A stretch of DNA of 64,000 bases from an uncultured Gemmatimonadota bacterium (GCA_964571855.1 CAZNDO010000001.1:863629-927628), one strand, 5' to 3'; shown: positions 45,202-54,555, counted from the stretch's first letter. Notes: generated from the sequence alone by a model not told the origin. Translations and numbers: made by a program.

Positions 45202-46314
45202 ATGAGTTACAAGCCTATCGACCTGCCGGCGGCCTCCCGCCCCCGGTGGAGCCGCGGCCTCGCCGGGCTCCTGACGCCGGCGATCCTCGCGATCACTTCC
45301 CCGGCCCTCGGCGCCTGGGAGATCCAGAGCCCGCGCCCCACGCACCTGGACGTCCGCGGCGTGGCGGCCCCGACGCCCGGGCATCTCTTCGTGGCCACGG
45401 ACGACGACTTCTTCGACAGCGGCGGCTCGCTCTTCGAATCCACGGACGGCGGCATCACCTGGGTCCAGCGGGACATCCCGGCCAGCCTCGCCTCCGCGCT
45501 CGACGGCCTCTTCTTCCTCGACGGCGCGAACGGCTGGACCTGGGGCAACGAGAACTACCGCACCACGGACGGCGGCGCCACGTGGACCGCCCTCCCGTTC
45601 CTCGGCTCCACGTACTTCATGGAGTTCTCCACCGCGGACTTCGGCGTGGCCACGGGCAACTTCGGCCAAGCCGTGTCCCTGGACGGCGGCCTCACGTGGT
45701 CGCCCGCCCCGGACGGCATGTTCCGCTTCGACTTCGCGAACGCCACGACCGGCCTGGGCGTCTCCGGCACCGGGATCCGGCGCACGACCGACGGCGGCGC
45801 CACGTTCACGCCGGTGCTCGCGGGCGGCGCGGACGCCGTGACGTTCCTCTCCGGGACCGTGGCGGTCGGCATCGTGGACGACGCGTTCGTGCGCTCGACG
45901 GATGCCGGCATCACCTGGACTGCCGGGTCGTCGGCCGCGGGACGCACGGAGCTCGTGGCCGCGTCGTCCGACGTGGTGCTGGCGTGGGGCCGCACCGGCG
46001 TGTACCCATCGTATGACGATCGCGTGCTGCGCTCGAGCGACGGTGGCGCCACGTGGACGGATCTGGGCGAGGTGCTCGATCCGCCGGCCGGCGCCGCCAC
46101 CACCTTCGCGTTCGCGCTGCCGCAGCCGGCGCGCGTGCAGCTCGCGGTGTACGACGTGGCGGGGCGGCTGGTGACACACCTCGTGGACGAAACGCGCCCG
46201 GCCGGCCGGTACGAGGCGACGTGGGACGCACGCGGCATGGCCAGCGGGGCGTACTTCGTGAGGATGACGGCGGGGACGTTCACGCGCACGCAGCGCGTGC
46301 TGCTGGTGCGGTAG
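45202..46314 (+). CDS. Secreted YCF48/BNR-like protein with incomplete propeller and truncated C-terminal sorting-like domain
   Basis: STDGG.TW repeats run directly into FAFALPQPARVQLAVYDVAGRLVTHL...WDARGMASGAYF; the PNPF start of the domain is missing. Confidence 0.65.
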   Translation: MSYKPIDLPAASRPRWSRGLAGLLTPAILAITSPALGAWEIQSPRPTHLDVRGVAAPTPGHLFVATDDDFFDSGGSLFESTDGGITWVQRDIPASLASALDGLFFLDGANGWTWGNENYRTTDGGATWTALPFLGSTYFMEFSTADFGVATGNFGQAVSLDGGLTWSPAPDGMFRFDFANATTGLGVSGTGIRRTTDGGATFTPVLAGGADAVTFLSGTVAVGIVDDAFVRSTDAGITWTAGSSAAGRTELVAASSDVVLAWGRTGVYPSYDDRVLRSSDGGATWTDLGEVLDPPAGAATTFAFALPQPARVQLAVYDVAGRLVTHLVDETRPAGRYEATWDARGMASGAYFVRMTAGTFTRTQRVLLVR

Positions 46315-46326
46315 GGGCGGACGGAC

Positions 46327-46354
46327 GCCGCGGCCCCGGGAACGGGGCCGCGGC
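46327..46354 (+). terminator. GC-rich hairpin after the gene ending at 46314
   Basis: GCCGCGGCCCC-gggaac-GGGGCCGCGGC, an 11-bp stem with no U tract. Confidence 0.35.
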
Positions 46355-46528
46355 CCGCCGCCTCCGGATCGCGAGTCCGTCAAGACGAGTCCGCGTTCGT
46401 CTACTCGACGACGGCAACGGAGCGCACGCCGGCAGGCCGTGACCGGGGTCGTCCGATGCAACGGACGTGCAATCGCCGGCCGCGCGGGAGTAGGCTCAGG
46501 GTAACCGACCGCCACCGGGAGGTGTCCC

Positions 46529-49500
46529 GTGCGCAGCCTCACGTTTGCCGTGGTACCAGTGGTGCTCGGCATCGCCGCAGCCTCCGCCGACGTTATCCGC
46601 GTTCCCGAGGATCATCCCACGATCGCGGCGGCGCTGGGCGCGAGTGTCGCCGGCGACACCGTCCGCGTGGCCTGCGGCCTCTACGAGGAGGGCGGGCTCG
46701 TCCTTCCCGGGGGCGTGACCCTTCTCGGCGACTCGTCCGACTCCTCGTGCACGGTGCTCCGCAGTCCGGGGCCGGGGGCATCGATCCTTCTGCCCCAGCC
46801 GGGCGCGGGGGAGATCCGCTGGCTCACCTTCCGGGACGGAGACGCCACCTTCGGCTCCGCGATCCGCGGCTCCCCCTGGGTCGGCATCGGGGCGATCTCG
46901 AACTGCCGGTTCGAACAGAACGTCGCGAGTCAATCCGGCGGAGCGATCTACGCGCTCACCTCCGTGCGCGACTGCTACTTCGCGGGCAACCGGGCGCAGA
47001 ACGGCGGCGCCATCCACCTGTTCGGCGTCGTCGACATCGCGGACTGCGTCTTCGTCGGCAACGTCGCGACGGCGTCCGGGGGCGCACTCTCGGCGTCGGA
47101 CGGTCGGGTGGCGCGTTGCCGATTCGAGCAGAACACGGCCACGTTCAGCGGTGGCGCCGTGCACGGCGCCGCGTCCGTGCGCGACTGCGAGTTCGTGGGA
47201 AACCAGGCGCGCGACGGGGGAGGGGCACGGCTGTTCGATGGAGTCGCCGCAGACTCGCGGTTCATCGGCAACCGCGCCGGCGAGCGCGGCGGCGGCCTGC
47301 GGATCCGGGACGGCGAGGTCGAGGGCTGCCTCTTCGAGGAGAACGTGGCCCTGGACGCCGGAGGCGGCGTGTATCTCTCCGTGGGCGCCGCCGCCGTGAT
47401 CGGGTGCACGTTCCGCGCGGACTCGGCCGCTTTCGGCGGCGGCCTCGCGGCGTTCGGCTACACCGATCCCTCGGACTGCGTCTTCCGGGAGAACCATGCG
47501 TCCCAGGAGGGTGGGGGCCTCTACCTGTACTCGGTGGTCGACGACGATCCGATCGGGCCCGACACCGTGTTCCCGCTCGGGTGCGCTTCGTCGACATTCT
47601 TGGGGAACCGCGCCGGCGTGCGGGGCGGAGCCATCGCACAGGGGCGCGGCTTCGGCACGATCCGGTCGTGCTCCATCGTGGGGAACGCCGCCCCGGCGGC
47701 CGGCGGATACTGGTCCAGCGCCGGGAGCCGCGTCGAGCAGTGCCTCATCTCGGGATCGCCGGCCGGCTCCGCGGTCGCCGCGCCGAGCTTGGCGAGCATC
47801 CCGTGGGTGGAGTGCTCGGACTTCCACGGGAACGCCGGCGGGGACTGGACCACCGAGCTGGCCGCGTACGCCGGGATCAACGGCAACTTCTCGGGGGATC
47901 CGCTCCTGTGCGCGGACTTCGCGGGACACGCGTCGGTCTCGAGTGCGTCGCCGCTGCTCGCGGAGCACAACGAGTGCGGCGCGCACATCGGGGCCGGGGC
48001 GGCGGCGTGCGAGACCGAGGGGGTGGTCATCACCACCACGCCGCCCGGCGCCACGATGGAAGTGGATGGGGCGCCCGTCGTGTCGCCTGCCGTGTTCCAG
48101 TGGGCCGCCGGGTCGCTCCACACGATCGGCGTGCCCGACTCGATCCACACCGCTCCCGGCGTCCGCTGGGTCTTCCAGTCGTGGTCCGATGGAGGAGCAT
48201 CCACGCACGGGATCTCCGCACCGTCGTCGCCGGCCACCGTGCGCGCCACGATCTCGAAAGGATACCTGCTTGCCACGTCGTGGAGCTCCGGGGGAACCGT
48301 CACACCCGCCACCGGTTGGCACCCGGCACGAGTGTTCGTCCCGGTGATCGCGGTGCCCGACTCCCTGTACCGGCCGGACGGGTGGGTGGGCACGGGACTC
48401 GGATCCCACACGGGCGGCGGCGGCGGCATCAACCTGCTCCTGCGCGGACCGATCTCGGAGCATTGCCGGTTCGCGTACGACGGGACCTACCCGGTGATGA
48501 TGATCGCGCAGGGGGGCGGCAGCGTATCGCCGGCCAGCGGCGACTACCACGTCAACGACACGATCGAGATCGTGGCGAGCACGCCGCCGGGGTACGCCTT
48601 CGACGGCTGGTCGGGAACCGGAAGCGGCTCCTACACGGGCCCGAACGCGGTGGCGGCGATCCAGGTTCTCGGACCGATCACCGAGACCGCGACATTCCGC
48701 AGCACCGGGTTCGCGAACGTCATCGTGCAGGCGTGGGGCAACGGCACCGTGACCCCCGAAAGCGGGGTGTACACCGTCGACGTTCCGATCGGCATCTCCG
48801 CGTACGACGGTCCCGGTCATACGTTCCACAGCTGGTACGGGGAGGGGCCCGGTTCGTACACCGGCCCCGACAGGAACGCGAGCATCCGGCCGCTGGGCCC
48901 GGTGACGCAAACCGCGTACTTCACAGCCGGGACCTTCCCGTTCACGATCTCCGCGTCCCCGGGTGGCGTGGTCTCCCCGGCGAGCGGCGACCGGCCCGCG
49001 GGATCCGGCCTCGCCATCTATGCAACGCCCATGACCGGCTGGCGCTTTCGCGAGTGGCACGGCACCGGCCCGGGCTCGTACTCGGGGCCCGAGCGCAACG
49101 CCACCGTCGCCATGAACGGGGCGATCACCCAGCACGCCGTGTTCGAGCCGGACGAGTCCCGGCACGGCTACGAGTTCTCCGTGAGTCTCAGCGACACCGA
49201 TCCGTTCGCCACGTCCGGTCCGCCCACCGGAGGCGTACGCCCGTTGCACCTGTGGCTCACTTGCAGCGAGCTCGGCCTCTCGGCCCTGGAGGTCGGCGTT
49301 CAAAGCACGCTCCCGCTCACCGAGTTCTCGGCCGCCCCGGGGGTGTACAACGTCGGTACCGGGGCGGACCTGCTGCTCGCAGTCGCGGAGTGCCCGACGG
49401 GAGAAGAGGTGGCGCATCGGCTCGGCTCCTGGATGGTCCTGGATACGGGAGGCCAGGTGTGCCTCGGTCCCTCGGCCGCGAGCGGCATCTTCGCCGCGGT

Positions 49501-50188
49501 GGACTGCGGGCCGCAGCCCTCGCTCTGGCCGGAGCCGCTCGTGCGCGGGTTCTCGTCGCTCTCGCCCACGCCGTGCCTGACCGGTTTCAACGGCTGCGAG
49601 TCGCCGGTGTCGCTCGAGCTGAGTGCGCTGCAGGCCGCGCCGGGGGACCGGTGCGTCTCGCTCACCTGGGTGACCGCGGCCGAGGCGGATCATGCCGGCT
49701 ACCACGTGTACCGCGCGAATGGTGCCGGCGAACCGTACGAGCGCCTCACGGCGGAACCGCACGGGAGTGCGCCCCCGCACCGATTCGACGACACCACGGT
49801 CGACGGCGACCGTACCTACCACTACAAGCTGGGAGCCGTGGAAGCGGACGGAAGCGAGCAGCTGTTCGGTCCCGTCATGGTGACGACCCCGGACTGGGTG
49901 CCGCGAGTGACTGCGCTCCGCGGCGCGGTGCCCAACCCCTTCCGGGACGGGACCGAAGTCCGGTTCTCGCTCGCCCAGCCGGGTCGTGCCCGCCTGGTGG
50001 TTTACGATGTCGCGGGCCGGCGCGTCGCGCCGCTCCTGGATGCGGATCTTCCCGCCGGGGACCATGTGGCCGAATGGGATGGCCGCACCAGTGCAGGACG
50101 CGCGGCCTCGGGCATCTACTTCGTGCGGTTCACGGCGGGCACGCACCGCGAGACGGGACGCATCGTTCACCTGGGCGGGACGCGCTAG
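46529..50188 (+). CDS. Paralog of the 41193-44654 beta-helix/B-repeat surface protein
   Basis: Same domain order and many shared blocks (RVACGLYEE.GLVLP, PWVECSDFH.NAGGDWT, HGYEFSVS.S.TDPFATSGPP, AVPNPF tail). Confidence 0.8.
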   Translation: MRSLTFAVVPVVLGIAAASADVIRVPEDHPTIAAALGASVAGDTVRVACGLYEEGGLVLPGGVTLLGDSSDSSCTVLRSPGPGASILLPQPGAGEIRWLTFRDGDATFGSAIRGSPWVGIGAISNCRFEQNVASQSGGAIYALTSVRDCYFAGNRAQNGGAIHLFGVVDIADCVFVGNVATASGGALSASDGRVARCRFEQNTATFSGGAVHGAASVRDCEFVGNQARDGGGARLFDGVAADSRFIGNRAGERGGGLRIRDGEVEGCLFEENVALDAGGGVYLSVGAAAVIGCTFRADSAAFGGGLAAFGYTDPSDCVFRENHASQEGGGLYLYSVVDDDPIGPDTVFPLGCASSTFLGNRAGVRGGAIAQGRGFGTIRSCSIVGNAAPAAGGYWSSAGSRVEQCLISGSPAGSAVAAPSLASIPWVECSDFHGNAGGDWTTELAAYAGINGNFSGDPLLCADFAGHASVSSASPLLAEHNECGAHIGAGAAACETEGVVITTTPPGATMEVDGAPVVSPAVFQWAAGSLHTIGVPDSIHTAPGVRWVFQSWSDGGASTHGISAPSSPATVRATISKGYLLATSWSSGGTVTPATGWHPARVFVPVIAVPDSLYRPDGWVGTGLGSHTGGGGGINLLLRGPISEHCRFAYDGTYPVMMIAQGGGSVSPASGDYHVNDTIEIVASTPPGYAFDGWSGTGSGSYTGPNAVAAIQVLGPITETATFRSTGFANVIVQAWGNGTVTPESGVYTVDVPIGISAYDGPGHTFHSWYGEGPGSYTGPDRNASIRPLGPVTQTAYFTAGTFPFTISASPGGVVSPASGDRPAGSGLAIYATPMTGWRFREWHGTGPGSYSGPERNATVAMNGAITQHAVFEPDESRHGYEFSVSLSDTDPFATSGPPTGGVRPLHLWLTCSELGLSALEVGVQSTLPLTEFSAAPGVYNVGTGADLLLAVAECPTGEEVAHRLGSWMVLDTGGQVCLGPSAASGIFAAVDCGPQPSLWPEPLVRGFSSLSPTPCLTGFNGCESPVSLELSALQAAPGDRCVSLTWVTAAEADHAGYHVYRANGAGEPYERLTAEPHGSAPPHRFDDTTVDGDRTYHYKLGAVEADGSEQLFGPVMVTTPDWVPRVTALRGAVPNPFRDGTEVRFSLAQPGRARLVVYDVAGRRVAPLLDADLPAGDHVAEWDGRTSAGRAASGIYFVRFTAGTHRETGRIVHLGGTR

Positions 50189-50229
50189 CCCGGACGCCTC
50201 TCACGCCGGGCTCCGGCGCGAGGATGCGG

Positions 50230-50688
50230 TCAGCGGACCAGCACGACGCGCCGCGTCTCATGCCGGTCGCCGCTCTCGACCGAGAGGAAGTAGACGCCCG
50301 GGGCGAAGCGACGGAGGTCGAGCGGGACCGTGACGCGCGCGCCCTCGGTCAGGTCGCGGTCCAGCAACCGGCGCATGCGCCGGCCGGACACATCCAGCAG
50401 GTCCACCCGCACTGCTGCGTCCGGGACGAGCTCAAGTCGACGTGGCCCGATGCCCGCAGGGGCGAGGGCCACGGCCCGGCGATTCGGAGCGCCGTCGCGG
50501 GCGCCGCCTCCGGCGTGGCCGACGGTGCCGGCCGCGAAGGACCAGCCGCGAAGATCACGGAGTCCTCGGCGGCGTCGAAGGTCGGCGGAGGTGTTGAGAT
50601 CGACCACGCTCCACTCCTGCGAGGCGGCTACGGCGGCGAACGTGGCGCCCCGCGCGAACGCGGCCACGATAGCAGAGCAGTCACCCAT
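50230..50688 (-). pseudogene. Degenerate remnant of a secreted protein with C-terminal sorting-like domain
   Basis: GGAGG-ATG 50688, QEWSVVDLNTSADL, then the linker ATPEAAPATALRIAGPWPSPLR in a shifted frame, then ELVPDAAVRVDLLDVSGRR...PGVYFL...RRVVLVR. Confidence 0.55.
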
Positions 50689-50920
50689 GAAATCCTCCGT
50701 ATCTCCGGTGTGGCTACCCGAAGCACGGAATTCGGGACCGTCCGCCGCCATCCGTCCCACGACGCGGCGGGGTCCTTGAATCGCCGGGGGGCGGGGCGTA
50801 GGGTCCGTCGCGTCCGGGCAGTGGGCGCCCCCTCGAGGCATCTTGCCTCGCTCGCCTTCCCGGCTTGCTGGCTTCCGCGGTCGTCGTCGGCGCCACGGCG
50901 TCCGTGCGGAGGTGCCCCCG

Positions 50921-51514
50921 ATGAACCCTCGTGCTTTTTCGTTCCTGCTCCTGCTCGTTGCGTTGCTCTTGCCCGCGACGGACACGCGTGCGGCGGGCGG
51001 ACCGGGCTACATCTACCTCGATCTCGAGGATCCCATCCCGCTCGGCCCCGCGATCCCCGGGACCTGCTCCACGTGGCACGAACTCTGGCCCGCGTTCTGC
51101 GCGCCGCGGCATCAGGACGCGTACGACGACGGGGACGGCGACGGCATGATCTCACCCTGCGACGGGATCACGCTGGACGGCGTGACGTACCACATCGTCT
51201 GGGTAGGCCCGACGTACTTCCTCACGTGCCTGGACAACGGACAGCAGTCCGGCATGGAACCGACCCAGCCCACCAGCGGCGGCAACCCCACGTGCGAGAT
51301 CTGGCACGAGGTGTTCCCGAACTTCTCCCAGGAGCTGCATGTCGACGACTGGCAGGACAACGGGGACGGCGTGATCAGCCCGTGCGACAACGTCGCGATC
51401 GGCGGACGGCTGTACCACATCGACCGGATCGGCTTGAACATCATCATCGAGCCGGGCACGGTGTCCGTGGATCCCGAGAGCTGGGGCAAGGTGAAGGACG
51501 CGTACCGCGAGTGA
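50921..51514 (+). CDS. Small secreted Cys/His-rich protein with two internal repeats and a C-terminal SWGKVKDAYRE motif
   Basis: GGAGG RBS, signal peptide, and two copies of TC..WHE..P.F....H.D...(D)GDG.ISPCD.....G..YHI...G. Confidence 0.8.
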   Translation: MNPRAFSFLLLLVALLLPATDTRAAGGPGYIYLDLEDPIPLGPAIPGTCSTWHELWPAFCAPRHQDAYDDGDGDGMISPCDGITLDGVTYHIVWVGPTYFLTCLDNGQQSGMEPTQPTSGGNPTCEIWHEVFPNFSQELHVDDWQDNGDGVISPCDNVAIGGRLYHIDRIGLNIIIEPGTVSVDPESWGKVKDAYRE

Positions 51515-51529
51515 GCCGACCGGGCCCGT

Positions 51530-51549
51530 CCCGCCCCGCGCGGGGCGGG
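51530..51549. terminator. Hairpin between convergent genes
   Basis: CCCGCCCCG-cg-CGGGGCGGG inverted repeat between the stops at 51514 and 51558. Confidence 0.35.
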
Positions 51550-51557
51550 CCCCCGCC

Positions 51558-52781
51558 TCAGCGTGTCGCCGGGACCTCGACGGCCCCGTCGCGGGCCTTC
51601 CACTCCGCCATCCCGCCGCGGAACCACAGCACCTCGCGGAACCCCAGGCGCGAGGCCACCGTCGTGCAATTCCGGCTGCGGACACACTCCTCGCCGTAGC
51701 AGTACGCGATGAACGCCGCTTGCGAGCGCTCGATGTCCGGCCACTCACGGTCGACGACCGTGGCCAGCGAATCCGCCAGCCGCACGGGAGACACCGGCCG
51801 CGCGCCGGGCAGGTGTCCCGCGGTCCAGTCGGGGCGTCCGCGCACGTCCGCCAGAACGACCGGCCCACGCGACCCATCGAGCAGCGCGGCCACTTCCTCC
51901 GCCGACGCGATCCGGACGACGGGCTCCCCGAGGGCACGCCACTCCGCCACGCCGCCGGGGAACCAGGCCACGTCCGCCACCGCCGCGACGCGCAGCGCGA
52001 GGTAGGCCAGCGCTCCCGAACCGGACGCTCCGTCGTCCATGACCACGAAACGCGATGCGAGGTCCACCGTCGTGGCGGCGCGCGGTCCGAGTCCATCCAC
52101 TCGCGCGCGGATGGACTCCGGCGGCGCGAACCTGCCGTCCGGCCGCAGCATCTCCGCCGGATCGAAGGGGAGGCTGTGCGGCACGTGTCCGGTCTCCCAG
52201 TCCCCGCTCGCGCGCACGTCGAGGACCTCGAAGTCGGCATGTCCGGGGTCGGGCCGCCCGTAGCGCTCCCGGATCTCGTCCCGCCCGGCGCGAGGGCGCG
52301 CATCGGGCCGTGCGGCGAACGGCGCGGCCGCGACACGGGTCCCCGGTGGCGGTTCGAGCGCATGGCCCGCCGCCAGCCACGTCTCGACGCCGCCGTCGAG
52401 CACGACGACGTCCTTCATCCCCGCGGTCTCCAGAAGCCAGAACAGTCGCGCCGCGATCGCGGCGTCCCCCGCCGGCCCCGCGCACGCCACGCGCTCCGTT
52501 CCGGTCAACCCCAGAGCGCCGAGCGCGATCGCCGGCGTGTGCGCCGCCAGCGAGTCCGGCGGGGCGCACCGTGCGCCGGGAATCGTGCCGCGCGCCCACT
52601 CGGCGGGGGAACGCGCGTCGAGCACCACGTGCCCTCCGTTCGCCAGCGAGTCCGGCCCGATCAGGATGGGCGGATAGGCCGGGGGTGGCGCGTCCGTCGC
52701 CATCCACGGCGGCCACTGGCACCGCGCGTCGGTGGCCGCGAGCGTCAGCGCAAGGACGGCCGCCGCGGCGCGGCGCCTCAC
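51558..52781 (-). CDS. Exported multi-domain rhodanese/sulfurtransferase
   Basis: GTG start overlapping the htrA stop; signal peptide; three rhodanese modules (VLDARS..EW..GTIPGA; VLDVR...W..GHVPHS; LADVRG..DW..GHLPGA), VVVLDGG...W, and AYCYGEEC. Confidence 0.8.
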   Translation of the reverse strand: MRRRAAAAVLALTLAATDARCQWPPWMATDAPPPAYPPILIGPDSLANGGHVVLDARSPAEWARGTIPGARCAPPDSLAAHTPAIALGALGLTGTERVACAGPAGDAAIAARLFWLLETAGMKDVVVLDGGVETWLAAGHALEPPPGTRVAAAPFAARPDARPRAGRDEIRERYGRPDPGHADFEVLDVRASGDWETGHVPHSLPFDPAEMLRPDGRFAPPESIRARVDGLGPRAATTVDLASRFVVMDDGASGSGALAYLALRVAAVADVAWFPGGVAEWRALGEPVVRIASAEEVAALLDGSRGPVVLADVRGRPDWTAGHLPGARPVSPVRLADSLATVVDREWPDIERSQAAFIAYCYGEECVRSRNCTTVASRLGFREVLWFRGGMAEWKARDGAVEVPATR

Positions 52782-54184
52782 GGGATCTCGCAGGGGACGA
52801 ACAGCAGCCGGCCGCGGCGCTCCACGTGCAGGACGACCCAGGAACCCGAGGCGTTCGTGCCCAGCGCCCCCCGCAGGTCCGCCAGCGTCCTCACCGGCCG
52901 GCGCCCCACGGCCCGGATCACGTCCCCCGGCACGAGCGCCGCGCCACCCGGCGGCGCATCCCCGGCGCTCAGCGCCACGAGCACGCCCCACGGCACGCGC
53001 ATCGGCACCATGCGAGCGAGCGTCTCGTCCACCTCGATCGCGAGAATGCGCAGCGCCTCCACGAGGTGCTCCTCGGGGCGCACGAGGGCCGCGAGCCGGT
53101 CGGGATCGCCGGGGCGTTCCACCAGCGCGACCGGCACGATGCGCGTCTTCCCCTCGCGGCGGATGCCGAGCACCACCTCCTCGCCGGCGCGGCGCCGGTA
53201 GAGGTTCACGTCCAGCTGCCGGCCGTTCTCGAGGATCTTCCCGTCCAGCGTCTCCACCACGTCGCCCGGTACGAGGCCGGCGGCCTCGGCGGGGCTCCCG
53301 GGGAGAACGTCGCCCAGGATCACTCCCCAGTCGCGGTCCAGCCCGAGCCCGGCCGCAAGCTCCGGCGTGATCGTCTGCGCGCGCACGCCGATCTCGCCGC
53401 GGATCACGCGCCCGTGCTCGCGGATCTGGCGATACACGGCGGTCACGATGTTGCTGGGCGCCGCGAAGCCCACCGAGGTCCCCACGGGCGGATCCAGGAG
53501 GAACGTGTTGATGCCCACGACCTGGCCGCGCGTGTCCACGAGCGGGCCGCCGCTGTTGCCCGGGTTGATCGCGGCGTCGGTCTGCAGGTAGATCATGGGC
53601 GAATCGGGCTCGAGCTGCCGCACGGTGGCGCTGATCACGCCGACGCTCACGGAGTTCGACAGCCCCAGCGGGCTGCCGAACGCCAGCACGGCCTGTCCCT
53701 GGCGCAGGTCATCCGAGTCGGCGAAGGGAAGGAACGGGAGCTTCGCCGCATCGATCTTCAACACGGCGAGATCCGTCTCCAGATCGCTGCCGACCAGGCG
53801 CGCGTCGTACCGCGGACCGGCGGGCTTGAGGACCGAGCGCCCCGGGGAGCCCTTCCGCGGCTCCGCGAGCGCGACCTGGATCCGCCGCGCGCCGGCCACC
53901 ACGTGCAGGTTCGTCACGATGTATCCGTCCGGGTCCACGATCACGCCGGACCCGGAGCCGCGCTGCTGCGCGAGGAGCCCGGCGGCCTCGTCGCCGCGAC
54001 CCGGTGCGGGCGCGAGCGACGTGGCGAAGATCTCCACGACGGCGGGGCTCACGCGCAGGGCGAGGGCCTGGATGTCCTCGCTCAGCGAGTCGAGCGGCGA
54101 GGCGACGGCGGCCGGCGGGGCGAAGGCGAGCACCGCGTGCACCGCGAGCCCGAGGGCGACTGCGCAGCCGGGTCTCCGCCTCAC
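52778..54184 (-). CDS. HtrA/DegP-like serine protease with PDZ domains
   Basis: GSGSGVIV, TNLHVV, TDLAVLKI, AFGSPLG, LQTDAAINPGNSGGPL; PDZ G.IGV...GSPAEAAGL. Confidence 0.92.
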   Translation of the reverse strand: MRRRPGCAVALGLAVHAVLAFAPPAAVASPLDSLSEDIQALALRVSPAVVEIFATSLAPAPGRGDEAAGLLAQQRGSGSGVIVDPDGYIVTNLHVVAGARRIQVALAEPRKGSPGRSVLKPAGPRYDARLVGSDLETDLAVLKIDAAKLPFLPFADSDDLRQGQAVLAFGSPLGLSNSVSVGVISATVRQLEPDSPMIYLQTDAAINPGNSGGPLVDTRGQVVGINTFLLDPPVGTSVGFAAPSNIVTAVYRQIREHGRVIRGEIGVRAQTITPELAAGLGLDRDWGVILGDVLPGSPAEAAGLVPGDVVETLDGKILENGRQLDVNLYRRRAGEEVVLGIRREGKTRIVPVALVERPGDPDRLAALVRPEEHLVEALRILAIEVDETLARMVPMRVPWGVLVALSAGDAPPGGAALVPGDVIRAVGRRPVRTLADLRGALGTNASGSWVVLHVERRGRLLFVPCEIP

Positions 54185-54555
54185 GCCGACGCTCCGCGCT
54201 CCACGAGCCACACCGTCTCGCGCCGGAGCGTCGCGGCGAAGCGCCCCCCCTCGCGCATCATCCGGACCCACTCGTCCTCGCCATACACCAGAAGCTCCGC
54301 GGGGACCGGCAGGGGATCCAGGTTCCAGGAAATCGCGCGGCGCTCGAACGGTTCGGTCGCGTTCCGGACCACGGCAATCAGGTCCAGATCGCTGCCCACT
54401 CCCCAGGTCCCATTGGCATACGAGCCGAAGTAACCGAGGCGCACGACATCGGGGCGGCGCTCCGCCTCGTGCCGGGCCCACGTTTCGGCGGCCTTCCGGA
54501 CCTCGCGGTCGTCAGGCCATCTGAGAACGGGCGAACTCGAGGATCGCACCGGCAT
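54181..54555 (-). CDS. Minimal nucleotidyltransferase (MNT) antitoxin-like protein
   Basis: YFGSYANGTWGVGSDLDL (GSxxxG...SDxD); overlaps the HEPN gene. Confidence 0.85.
   Translation of the reverse strand: MPVRSSSSPVLRWPDDREVRKAAETWARHEAERRPDVVRLGYFGSYANGTWGVGSDLDLIAVVRNATEPFERRAISWNLDPLPVPAELLVYGEDEWVRMMREGGRFAATLRRETVWLVERGASA

Noticed and set aside
46456-51699. 1747-aa ORF (+) and similar Arg/Gly/Ala-rich giant ORFs elsewhere (e.g. 26486..30325, 60290..63829)
   Set aside because: They are off-frame or antisense to well-supported genes, have composition typical of shifted GC-rich codons, and show no motifs.
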